A stretch of 12,612 nt of DNA from a virus. The notes under the pieces are model-generated. The model was given only the letters and a program-made list of their open reading frames with translations, had not been told where the DNA came from and made no database searches. Every line of letters starts with the position of its first letter. Position 1 is the first letter of the stretch. This document shows, piece by piece, positions 1 through 7,755 of the stretch. Location: the UHGV virus genome UHGV-1964375. The stretch is one strand, 5' to 3'. The position numbers were made by a program, and so were the translations under genes.

Positions 1-59
1 ATTAATTCTTTCATCTGACGAATGAATTCTTCGTCTGACCAGTTATCTGTAAAACTCAT
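1..59 (-). CDS. hypothetical protein, N-terminal fragment only (continues past window start); begins MSFTDNWSDEEFIRQMKEL
   Basis: ATG at 59..57 on the minus strand overlaps the TGA of the upstream Kil-like ORF (ATGA). Open to the window edge. Does not resemble lambda Gam, which occupies this position in lambda. Confidence 0.3.
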   Translation of the reverse strand, partial: MSFTDNWSDEEFIRQMKEL

Positions 60-208
60 TTCCTGCGATACCACGGAAGGTTGATAGCTGATTTCATCGC
101 TTTATTTGCTTCAAGCCACATTTTTGAATCACCAATAAATCTGGCTATTACTGCTTTGTTTTGTGCCGCACGAAGCATCTGGTGATTGATGGCTATTTCA
201 TTGCGCAT
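56..208 (-). CDS. Kil-like small protein (50 aa), called mainly by position
   Basis: My own translation: MRNEIAINHQMLRAAQNKAVIARFIGDSKMWLEANKAMKSAINLPWYRRK. GGAGG lies 4 nt upstream of the ATG. The start overlaps the cIII-like 3' end by 16 nt, as kil does in lambda. Below the 60-aa cutoff of the ORF track. Confidence 0.4.
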   Translation of the reverse strand: MRNEIAINHQMLRAAQNKAVIARFIGDSKMWLEANKAMKSAINLPWYRRK

Positions 209-327
209 AACGCCTCCAGTTGTTTCTTTGCTGCTCTGATTAATTGTTTAACTCGGCGTGATAATTCAGATTCGTGCGGGTAGAAAGCGGACATGACGCC
301 GCTACCCGCGAGCTGAAAGTGCATCAT
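193..327 (-). CDS. cIII: CIII-like regulator (44 aa; FtsH inhibitor that stabilises CII in lambda)
   Basis: Internal start of the 193..378 ORF: AAGGAG, 6 nt, then ATGATG. MMHFQLAGSGVMSAFYPHESELSRRVKQLIRAAKKQLEALCAMK shares the AG...ES.L.R..K.L pattern of lambda CIII. Sits in the pL operon where cIII is expected. Confidence 0.5.
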   Translation of the reverse strand: MMHFQLAGSGVMSAFYPHESELSRRVKQLIRAAKKQLEALCAMK

Positions 328-410
328 GGGTAACTCCTTATATTTGATTGCATAACGAAAATGCCTCTCGTGAAGCATTATTGGTATGCGGTAAAGCCGC
401 GCTCAGGCGG

Positions 411-659
411 CTACTCTATTTCTTCTTCGAATGATTTTATTAGTCGGTCAATAACATCATCCGTTTCAATATCATTTCCGTCTGATTGCTTTAATACATC
501 TATTGATTCTGCAGCGGTAAATTCCATCGCTGTGAGAAACTCGACAATTGCACACTCAACGACATATCGTTCTTCATCTGTACGACATGAGATAAAAGAG
601 CATTTAATTGCTGTTATTACTTTTTGTTTAAGCTCTGCAGGGTAATCAGTTTTTATCAT
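411..659 (-). CDS. hypothetical small acidic protein (82 aa)
   Basis: Intact ORF with GGAG 6 nt before the ATG. About 20 Asp/Glu against 9 Lys/Arg. Lies between ral and cIII in the pL operon. No family recognised. Confidence 0.55.
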   Translation of the reverse strand: MIKTDYPAELKQKVITAIKCSFISCRTDEERYVVECAIVEFLTAMEFTAAESIDVLKQSDGNDIETDDVIDRLIKSFEEEIE

Positions 660-672
660 CGTTTACTCCGTC

Positions 673-700
673 AAAAAAAACTGCCCTCACATTGGAGGGC
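673..700 (-). terminator. intrinsic terminator within the pL operon (tL1-like), just upstream of the 82-aa gene
   Basis: Minus-strand RNA reads GCCCTC-CAAUGU-GAGGGC followed by U8. The plus strand has the A8 run at 673..680 and the stem at 683..700. Confidence 0.55.
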
Positions 701-820
701 AAAGAAGATTTCCAATAATCAGAACAAGTCGGCTCCTGTTTAGTTACGAGCGACATTGCTCCGTGTATTCACTCGTTGGAATGAATACACAGTGCAGTGT
801 TTATTCTGTTGTTTATGCCA

Positions 821-846
821 AAAATGAAGGCCGACTATGCGGCCTG
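821..846 (-). terminator. possible weak intrinsic terminator after the 121-aa membrane-protein gene
   Basis: Minus-strand hairpin AGGCCG-CAUAGU-CGGCCU directly after the TAA stop, followed by UCAUUUUUGG. Confidence 0.3.
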
Positions 847-849
847 AAA

Positions 850-1215
850 TTACTTAACCAATGATGCTGCATATTCGATAAGGTAAAGTTTTGGAGCAAG
901 CCAGATTTTCAGCCAGTCGAAATAATTGAAGAAAACAACAATAGAAGTAATCGCTATTCCTGATGTTACAAGTAGCGATAAAAGAACAACATCCGCATCA
1001 TCTCCTTTATTCCATGCAAAAATCATCAGATAAACACACGCTATAATCACCAATACACAGATAGCCTGAATTCCAGCTGATGATACGGCGTGCCACATCA
1101 AAAGCTGATGGATGACATCAGGAATCTGTGCCTGGCTAAATGAAACAGCCGCGTCTATTCCATTACTGGCTTTTTGCAGTAGTTCTACGAGAATCTTGTT
1201 TGCTTGTTCTTCCAT
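850..1215 (-). CDS. hypothetical small membrane protein (121 aa, 2-3 predicted TM helices)
   Basis: Intact ORF with AAGGGG 4 nt before the ATG. Hydrophobic stretches AICVLVIIACVYLMIFAW and VVLLSLLVTSGIAITSIVVFF. Located immediately downstream of ral. Confidence 0.6.
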   Translation of the reverse strand: MEEQANKILVELLQKASNGIDAAVSFSQAQIPDVIHQLLMWHAVSSAGIQAICVLVIIACVYLMIFAWNKGDDADVVLLSLLVTSGIAITSIVVFFNYFDWLKIWLAPKLYLIEYAASLVK

Positions 1216-1274
1216 ATATCCCCTTGATTGTAATAAGCATGAAATTATTTACGGCCAAAAAATAAAGGCCACCA

Positions 1275-1475
1275 TCAGGCAGCCTTGTTATTCTGTTTAC
1301 CAAGTTCTCTGGCAATCATTGCCGTTGTTCGTATTGCCCATTTATCGACATATTTCCCATTCTCCATTACAGGAAACATTTCTTCAGGCTTAACCATGCA
1401 TTCCGATTGCAGCTTGCATCCATTGCATCGCTTGAATTGCCCACACCATTGATTTTTATCAATAGTCGTAGTCAT
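1275..1475 (-). CDS. ral: restriction alleviation protein Ral (66 aa)
   Basis: MTTTIDKNQWCGQFKRCNGCKLQSECMVKPEEMFPVMENGKYVDKWAIRTTAMIARELGKQNNKAA matches my recollection of lambda Ral / Rac Lar almost residue for residue. Lies downstream of N in the pL operon. Confidence 0.65.
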   Translation of the reverse strand: MTTTIDKNQWCGQFKRCNGCKLQSECMVKPEEMFPVMENGKYVDKWAIRTTAMIARELGKQNNKAA

Positions 1476-1545
1476 ACGGATAGTCCTGGTATTGTTCCAT
1501 CACATCCTGAGGATGCTCTTCGAACTCTTCAAATTCTTCTTCCAT
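1459..1545 (-). CDS. possible 28-aa acidic, Tyr-rich micro-ORF between N and ral
   Basis: My own translation: MEEEFEEFEEHPQDVMEQYQDYPYDYDY. GAGGTGA SD 3-4 nt before the ATG. Starts 9 nt after the N stop and its TGA overlaps the ral start region. Confidence 0.25.
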   Translation of the reverse strand: MEEEFEEFEEHPQDVMEQYQDYPYDYDY

Positions 1546-1553
1546 ATCTCACC

Positions 1554-1880
1554 TCAAATAAGTGGTTTGCTGCCTAATTTCATTTTCTGGCGACCAACAC
1601 AAGTCACACCCATTTCACTGCGTGGCTTGCTGTACCATGTGCGCTTATTCTTTCGCTCAATACGTTGCAGGTTGCTTTCAATCTGTTCGTGGTATTCAGC
1701 CAGCACCGTAAGGTCTATCGGATTCAGTGCGCTTTCTACTCGTGATTTCGGTTTGCGATTCAGCGAGAGAATAGGGCGGTTAACTGGTTTTGCGCTTACC
1801 CCAACCAACAGGGGATTTGCTGCTTTCCATTCGGCCTGTTTAGCTGCGCGACGTTCGCGACGGCGTGTTTGAGAGTCCAT
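1554..1880 (-). CDS. N: antitermination protein N (107 aa)
   Basis: MDSQTRRRERRAAKQAEWKAANPLLVGVSAKPVNRPILSLNRKPKSRVESALNPIDL... is near-identical to lambda N, including the Arg-rich boxB-binding motif QTRRRERRA. Lies downstream of pL and nutL. Confidence 0.92.
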   Translation of the reverse strand: MDSQTRRRERRAAKQAEWKAANPLLVGVSAKPVNRPILSLNRKPKSRVESALNPIDLTVLAEYHEQIESNLQRIERKNKRTWYSKPRSEMGVTCVGRQKMKLGSKPLI

Positions 1881-1921
1881 ATATCATCCTCAGATAAATG
1901 GCCCCTCAGCGGGGCCGACAG

Positions 1922-2050
1922 TTATTGGCAGGTTGCGTACTTGCTGATGCAGGAGAAGATTTCCACGATTCGCGTCATTGTTGTTTCAGGACGCTTTGCT
2001 TCATCACGCATTGACTTCAACCAAGCCATAAAGTGTTCGTTATGTTTCAT
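1922..2050 (-). CDS. possible 42-aa ORF between the N-leader Shine-Dalgarno and the N gene
   Basis: My own translation: MKHNEHFMAWLKSMRDEAKRPETTMTRIVEIFSCISKYATCQ. Preceded by CACCACCAAAGCTAACTGACAGGAG, which I recall as the leader/SD that sits directly before N in lambda; here AGGAG is 6 nt before this ATG. Confidence 0.3.
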   Translation of the reverse strand: MKHNEHFMAWLKSMRDEAKRPETTMTRIVEIFSCISKYATCQ

Positions 2051-2221
2051 GTTCATCTCCTGTCAGTTAGCTTTGGTGGTGTGGTAGGTGGGAGACCCAT
2101 TTCGACCTGTTTCGGCCGACTTCAATTCGGCAATAGTTCCGCAGGCCTCGCCGCTTTACGTGCGACATATTCCCATCCATGAACCCTTCACCACACCCCA
2201 AAGCCTTCTGCTTTGAATGCT

Positions 2222-2252
2222 GCCCTTCTTCAGGGCTTAATTTTTAAGAGCG
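2222..2252 (-). promoter_or_regulatory. nutL: nutL (boxA CGCTCTTA, spacer, boxB GCCCTGAAGAAGGGC)
   Basis: The minus strand reads CGCTCTTAAAAATTAAGCCCTGAAGAAGGGC, matching the lambda nutL sequence as I recall it. boxB is at 2222..2236 and boxA at 2245..2252. Confidence 0.8.
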
Positions 2253-2291
2253 TCACCTTCATGGTGGTTAGTGCGTCCTGCTGATGGCTTA

Positions 2292-2320
2292 AAATTACAA
2301 GAAAGATTGTATGTTGTAAA
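2292..2320 (-). promoter_or_regulatory. pL early-left promoter (-35 TTTACA, 17-bp spacer, -10 TAATTT)
   Basis: The hexamers are read from the minus strand. OL1 lies in the spacer and OL2 abuts the -35, the usual lambdoid arrangement. Confidence 0.45.
2297..2310. promoter_or_regulatory. operator OL1 (434-type 14-bp site ACAAGAAAGATTGT)
   Basis: 14-bp ACAA-N6-TTGT palindrome of the 434 operator family. Confidence 0.75.
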
Positions 2321-2333
2321 CAAGAAATATTGT
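2320..2333. promoter_or_regulatory. operator OL2 (ACAAGAAATATTGT)
   Basis: 14-bp ACAA-N6-TTGT site, 9 bp from OL1. Confidence 0.75.
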
Positions 2334-2350
2334 AAATGGAGGTGCAAAAA

Positions 2351-2364
2351 ACAAACTCCATTGT
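2351..2364. promoter_or_regulatory. operator OL3 (ACAAACTCCATTGT)
   Basis: 14-bp ACAA-N6-TTGT site. The reverse complement is ACAATGGAGTTTGT. Confidence 0.7.
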
Positions 2365-2414
2365 TTTTAAACGGAAAATAGTTTGTTTTTGGGTTACTGA
2401 GATTGAGGTGGGGA

Positions 2415-3767
<1,353 letters not shown>

Positions 3768-3775
3768 GACATTCC

Positions 3776-3807
3776 CGCTCTTACACATCCCAGCCCTGAA
3801 AAAGGGC
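3776..3807 (+). promoter_or_regulatory. nutR: nutR (boxA CGCTCTTA, boxB GCCCTGAAAAAGGGC)
   Basis: CGCTCTTACACATCCCAGCCCTGAAAAAGGGC lies just after the cro stop, matching lambda nutR as I recall it. Confidence 0.8.
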
Positions 3808-3886
3808 ATCAAATTAAACCACACCTATGGTGTATGCATTTATTTGCATACATTCAATCAATTGTTATCTAAGGAAATACTTACAT

Positions 3887-4165
3887 ATGCAACTTACAAG
3901 TACTCGCAAGAAAGCGAATGCAATTACAAGCAACATCCTGAATCGAATTGCTGTACGTGGTCAGCGAAAGGTGGCCGACGCGTTAGGGATTAATGAATCG
4001 CAAATTTCACGATGGAAAGACAGCTTCATCCCAAAAATGGGAATGCTTCTGGCTGTTCTTGAATGGGGTGTTGAAGACGAGGAGTTGGCGGAACTGGCTA
4101 AGAAAGTAGCCAGAATGCTGACAAAAGAAAAAGCCCCGAAGAACGGCGAATTCTTCGAGGCCTGA
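3887..4165 (+). CDS. cII: transcriptional activator CII (92 aa)
   Basis: Internal Met of ORF 3827..4165, with AAGGAAAT upstream. [41 protein letters not shown] parallels lambda CII ([25 protein letters not shown]). Confidence 0.85.
   Translation: MQLTSTRKKANAITSNILNRIAVRGQRKVADALGINESQISRWKDSFIPKMGMLLAVLEWGVEDEELAELAKKVARMLTKEKAPKNGEFFEA
3920..3933 (-). promoter_or_regulatory. pRE -35 region / CII binding site (TTGC-N6-TTGC)
   Basis: The minus strand reads TTGCTTGTAATTGC inside the 5' part of cII, antisense to it, which is where pRE sits in lambda. Confidence 0.55.
4122..4161 (-). terminator. intrinsic terminator antisense to the cII 3' end (oop-RNA-like terminator)
   Basis: Minus-strand 11-bp stem (one mismatch) with a 7-nt loop, followed by UUUUUCUUUUG. 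A possible -10 (CATAAT, minus strand, plus coordinates 4197..4202) would give a transcript of about 70 nt. Confidence 0.5.
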
Positions 4166-4199
4166 TGTAGAAAGACTGGATCAATCCACAGGAGTAATT

Positions 4200-4346
4200 A
4201 TGACAAAACAACTCAGTCCTTACCAGGACAAAATTCACAAACACATACTACGTGATCGCTTCCTGTCCAGCTTCAAGCAGCCTGGTCGATTCCGGGCTGA
4301 GTTGGAAAAAGTGAAGCTGATGCAGAAGGAGAAAGGTCATGAGTAA
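4200..4346 (+). CDS. possible 48-aa ORF between cII and O
   Basis: My own translation: [53 protein letters not shown] is 5 nt before the ATG. The 3' end overlaps the O start by 8 nt. Confidence 0.3.
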   Translation: MTKQLSPYQDKIHKHILRDRFLSSFKQPGRFRAELEKVKLMQKEKGHE

Positions 4347-5199
4347 TCTTGCAACCGTAACACATTTAAGGCCTTCACAACGGCCTGTGGAGCGTCGTGT
4401 GGCAGAAGTTGAAGATGGTTATACCCGTCTTGCAAATGCCCTGTATGAAGAGCTTATCGGCGCAGATTTAACGAAAAATCAGAGCAAGGTTGCCCACGCC
4501 ATATGCCGTAAAACATACGGCTACGGTAAAAAGATGGATCGCATCTCTGATAGTCAGTTAGCTCAAATTACCAGGCTGCCAAGACAGAAGGTAAACAAGG
4601 CCAAGAATGAGCTTATCGCGATGAAGGTTATCCTTCGCGAAGGCCAGCAAATCGGGCCTAACAAGAACATCGAGGAATGGCAAATCGAAGGGTGTCACTA
4701 CTCTGGTGATAATGTCACTGCATTGGTGACAAAAAGTGTCACCAAAACGGTGACAGCGCTGTCACCAAAACAGGGACACACAAAAGAAACTATTACAAAA
4801 GAAAAAAGAAATAATAAAAACACTATGTCCGAAAGTGTTCGGACGGAGTGTGAAAAATCACCTGACCGTCACGAAGAAACCGACAAGGCATTCGAGGAAA
4901 TATTCTGGTGTGCAGGCATGCGGAAAGCCGGGAAGAAAAACGCAGCTTCGGCATTCAGAACACAGTTCAGGGAATGGCGTAAAACTACCAAGGGTACCGC
5001 AAGCGAGTTTGCCACGATGCTGGCAGAAGACATCGCATGCAGGAATGGTAAGCAGTTCGGATTCGACAGGTTGTTACCATCGAGCTACCTGAACGGTCAA
5101 CGCTGGAACGACGAGAAGCCAGAAACTATTCAACCACAATCCAAACCATCATCCGCAATCACCGTATCGAAAACTGGCTACGTGTTTTTCGACAGGTGA
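4339..5199 (+). CDS. O: replication initiator, lambda O-like N-terminal domain (286 aa)
   Basis: [56 protein letters not shown] parallels the lambda O N-terminus. Iteron-like palindromes and an AT-rich tract lie inside the gene, as for ori-lambda. The C-terminal half is unlike lambda O. Confidence 0.85.
   Translation: MSNLATVTHLRPSQRPVERRVAEVEDGYTRLANALYEELIGADLTKNQSKVAHAICRKTYGYGKKMDRISDSQLAQITRLPRQKVNKAKNELIAMKVILREGQQIGPNKNIEEWQIEGCHYSGDNVTALVTKSVTKTVTALSPKQGHTKETITKEKRNNKNTMSESVRTECEKSPDRHEETDKAFEEIFWCAGMRKAGKKNAASAFRTQFREWRKTTKGTASEFATMLAEDIACRNGKQFGFDRLLPSSYLNGQRWNDEKPETIQPQSKPSSAITVSKTGYVFFDR
4684..4812. repeat. putative replication origin: iteron-like palindromes plus AT-rich tract inside the O gene
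   Basis: Repeated TGTCAC...GGTGA units at 4684..4700 and 4704..4721, then palindromes GGTGACA-aaaag-TGTCACC (4716..4734) and GGTGACA-gcgc-TGTCACC (4740..4757), followed by an A-rich 40-bp tract at 4771..4812. Confidence 0.6.
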
Positions 5200-5306
5200 A
5201 CCATGAAATCAAAAATCAAATCGCTACTGGTCGCTGGTTATAACCACGGCTGGTTAAGTATTTCGTTTGTCGATTTCTGGTTTAAAAATCTCAATCTGAG
5301 GGAATC

Positions 5307-5801
5307 ATGATGAGCCTTGAAGTTGGAGAATATATACCTGGTTATGAGGGTAAATACTCTGTAACCAAAGACGGTCGTGTTTATTCACATTTAAGAGGCA
5401 GGTTTTTGAATCCATCTCCGGATAACAAGGGTTATCTAAGAGTCACTTTGTGTTCCGATGGGATTCAGAAGACGTTAAAAGTTCATCGTCTTGTAGCTCA
5501 ATTATTTATCCCAAATCCGTATTGCAAGCCAGAAGTAAATCATATCAACGGCGACAAATCGGATAACGCCATTTGGAACTTGGAATGGTGTACCTGCTCA
5601 GAGAATTTAAAACATGCTTTTAGCATCGGACTGAAAAGCGCAAAGGGAGTTTTTAATGGTAGGGCAAAACTATCTGAAACTGATGTGATTGATATCAGGA
5701 ATTCTGTTGGTATGAAACTAAGCGAACTATCCACTAAATACGGAGTGAGTGAAATGCAAATTTCCACAATCCGCAGAGGAAACGCATGGAGGCACCTTTG
5801 A
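5307..5801 (+). CDS. HNH homing endonuclease (164 aa), apparently intact
   Basis: N-terminal YEGKYSVTKDGRVYS motif (NUMOD4-like) and HRLVAQLFIPNP...VNHINGDKSDNAIWNLEWCTCSENLKHA (HNH). GAGGGA SD upstream. Lies between O and the helicase gene. Confidence 0.85.
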   Translation: MMSLEVGEYIPGYEGKYSVTKDGRVYSHLRGRFLNPSPDNKGYLRVTLCSDGIQKTLKVHRLVAQLFIPNPYCKPEVNHINGDKSDNAIWNLEWCTCSENLKHAFSIGLKSAKGVFNGRAKLSETDVIDIRNSVGMKLSELSTKYGVSEMQISTIRRGNAWRHL

Positions 5802-7678
5802 GTCCATCAGAACTTAGCGACCTGCTTTGGGCGCAGGTTGACAGGGTGGCTCCGCACCTGTTGCCAAACGGCAAGAAAGAGGGGCATGAGTGGGTTGCCG
5901 GTAACGTCAACGGTGACAAGGGAAACAGCCTTAAGGTCAACCTTAGCGGCAAGAAAAAATGGGCTGATTTCGCTGAGGGAGACGGCGGTGACATGCTTGA
6001 TTTGTGGATGGCATGTCGTGGAATTAACCTGCATCAGGCTATGCAGGAAGCGAAAGCATTTCTCGGTATCAAGGATGACGATCACCATTTCGATGCCAAA
6101 CGTGAGAAAAAATTCTCCAGACCTGATCGCAAGAAAATCGCCCGCTACGTTACCAGAACAGAATCCCATCTTGAGTACCTGCAATCGCGTGGCATATCGC
6201 CAGAAGTCGTAAAGCGCTACGAGGTTGTCAGCGGCAAGGTGTGGAATGGAGAGCGAGAACTGGATGCTCTGGTGCTTCCGTACAAACGCGATGGTGAGTT
6301 GTTGCAGGTCAAGCGAATCAGCACTGAGCGCCCGGACGGGAAGAAAGTCATTATGGCAGAAGGTGATTGCGAACCTTGTCTGTTCGGATGGCAGGCTCTG
6401 GACGCTGGCGTAAGGGCGGTTGTACTTTGCGAAGGCGAAATTGATTGTATGAGCTATGCGCAATACGGCATCTCGGCGTTATCCGTGCCGTTTGGTGGCG
6501 GGAAAGGCGCTAAGCAACAGTGGATTGAGTTTGAGTATCACAACCTCGACAGGTTTGAGGAAATATTCATCTCGATGGACGTTGATGATGTTGGTCGTGA
6601 AGCCGCAAGGGAAATCGCAAGCCGACTCGGTGAACATCGTTGCCGTCTTGTTACTCTGCCGTACAAAGACATCAACGAATGCCTGATGAACGGTGTTACC
6701 GAGGATGAAATCTGGCAGTACATCGGCACGGCATCCTACTTCGATCCTGAAGAACTCTACAGCGCGCGAGAGTTTTACCAGGACACTATCAACGCTTTCT
6801 ACGGCAAGCAGCAGTATCTGTTTAATCCACCGTGGGAATCTCTGGCAGATAAATTCCAGTTCCGTGAGGCCGAGTTGACGCTGGTCAATGGTGTGAACGG
6901 TCACGGAAAAACGGAGGTTGTCGGGCATATGGCACTTGAGGCAATGCGTCAGGGTGTGAAGACGTGCATCGCGTCACTTGAGCTGAAGCCAGGCATTCTC
7001 CTTAAGCGACTTACCCGTCAGGCGACGTGCTGCAAGATGCCGCCAGTGCTGGAAATTGACTCTGCATTTAAATTTTATGACGAAAGACTTTGGGTGTTTG
7101 GCCTGACCGGAACGGCGAAAGCCGACAGGCTGATCGAAATATTCGACTACGCTCGCCGCCGATACGGGATCCAGTTATTCATCATCGACAGCCTGATGAA
7201 ATGCGGCATAGGTGACGATGACTATAACGGGCAGAAAGCATTTGTTGACTCGATTTGTGACTTCAAAAACAAAACAAACTCCCACGTCATTCTCGTTACT
7301 CACTCCAGAAAAGGAGACAGCGAAGAAAAACCAACCGGGAAAATGGACGTAAAAGGCTCTGGAGCGATAACAGACCTGACAGACAACCTTTTTATCATCT
7401 GGCGTAACAAGGCTCGCGAGAGAGCGTTACAGAGAGTTCAGAGTGGTGAAAAGATGTCAGAGAAGGACGAACAGCTACTGGCATCTCCGGCATCTGTTTT
7501 GATGCTTGAAAAACAACGTAACGGCGAAGGTTGGGAAGGTGGTGTCCCGTTGTTCCTTGACGAGCAATCGCACCAGTTCCTGCAACTTGAATCAGGATCG
7601 CCATATAGCTACATCGCCAATATGCCGAAATCGGAATATGACGAGGCGTGGCGACAGGAAAACGTGACGGAGTATTAA
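5786..7678 (+). CDS. bifunctional DNA primase/helicase (Toprim domain plus DnaB/SF4-like ATPase), 630 aa
   Basis: Toprim motifs VVLCEGEIDCMSYA and ISMDVDDVGREAA. Walker A NGVNGHGKTE and Walker B LFIIDSLMK. The start overlaps the HNH gene by 16 nt. Confidence 0.85.
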   Translation: MEAPLSPSELSDLLWAQVDRVAPHLLPNGKKEGHEWVAGNVNGDKGNSLKVNLSGKKKWADFAEGDGGDMLDLWMACRGINLHQAMQEAKAFLGIKDDDHHFDAKREKKFSRPDRKKIARYVTRTESHLEYLQSRGISPEVVKRYEVVSGKVWNGERELDALVLPYKRDGELLQVKRISTERPDGKKVIMAEGDCEPCLFGWQALDAGVRAVVLCEGEIDCMSYAQYGISALSVPFGGGKGAKQQWIEFEYHNLDRFEEIFISMDVDDVGREAAREIASRLGEHRCRLVTLPYKDINECLMNGVTEDEIWQYIGTASYFDPEELYSAREFYQDTINAFYGKQQYLFNPPWESLADKFQFREAELTLVNGVNGHGKTEVVGHMALEAMRQGVKTCIASLELKPGILLKRLTRQATCCKMPPVLEIDSAFKFYDERLWVFGLTGTAKADRLIEIFDYARRRYGIQLFIIDSLMKCGIGDDDYNGQKAFVDSICDFKNKTNSHVILVTHSRKGDSEEKPTGKMDVKGSGAITDLTDNLFIIWRNKARERALQRVQSGEKMSEKDEQLLASPASVLMLEKQRNGEGWEGGVPLFLDEQSHQFLQLESGSPYSYIANMPKSEYDEAWRQENVTEY

Positions 7679-7707
7679 ATGACCATCTACATCACTGAGC
7701 TAATAAC

Positions 7708-7739
7708 AGGCCTGCTGGTAATCGCAGGCCTTTTTATTT
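7708..7739 (+). terminator. intrinsic terminator between the replication and nin modules (tR2-like)
   Basis: AGGCCTGC-TGGTAATC-GCAGGCCT followed by TTTTTATTT, 30 bp after the helicase stop and before ninB. Confidence 0.6.
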
Positions 7740-7755
7740 GGGGGAGAGGGAAGTC

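Noticed and set aside
1492-1872. 126-aa plus-strand ORF
   Set aside because: It is entirely antisense to the well-supported N gene and has no RBS, so it is a shadow ORF.
5807-6928. Minus-strand ORFs 5807..6463 (218 aa), 6479..6928 (149 aa) and smaller ones
   Set aside because: They are antisense to the primase/helicase gene, which has clear conserved motifs. Long antisense frames are typical of GC-balanced coding sequence.
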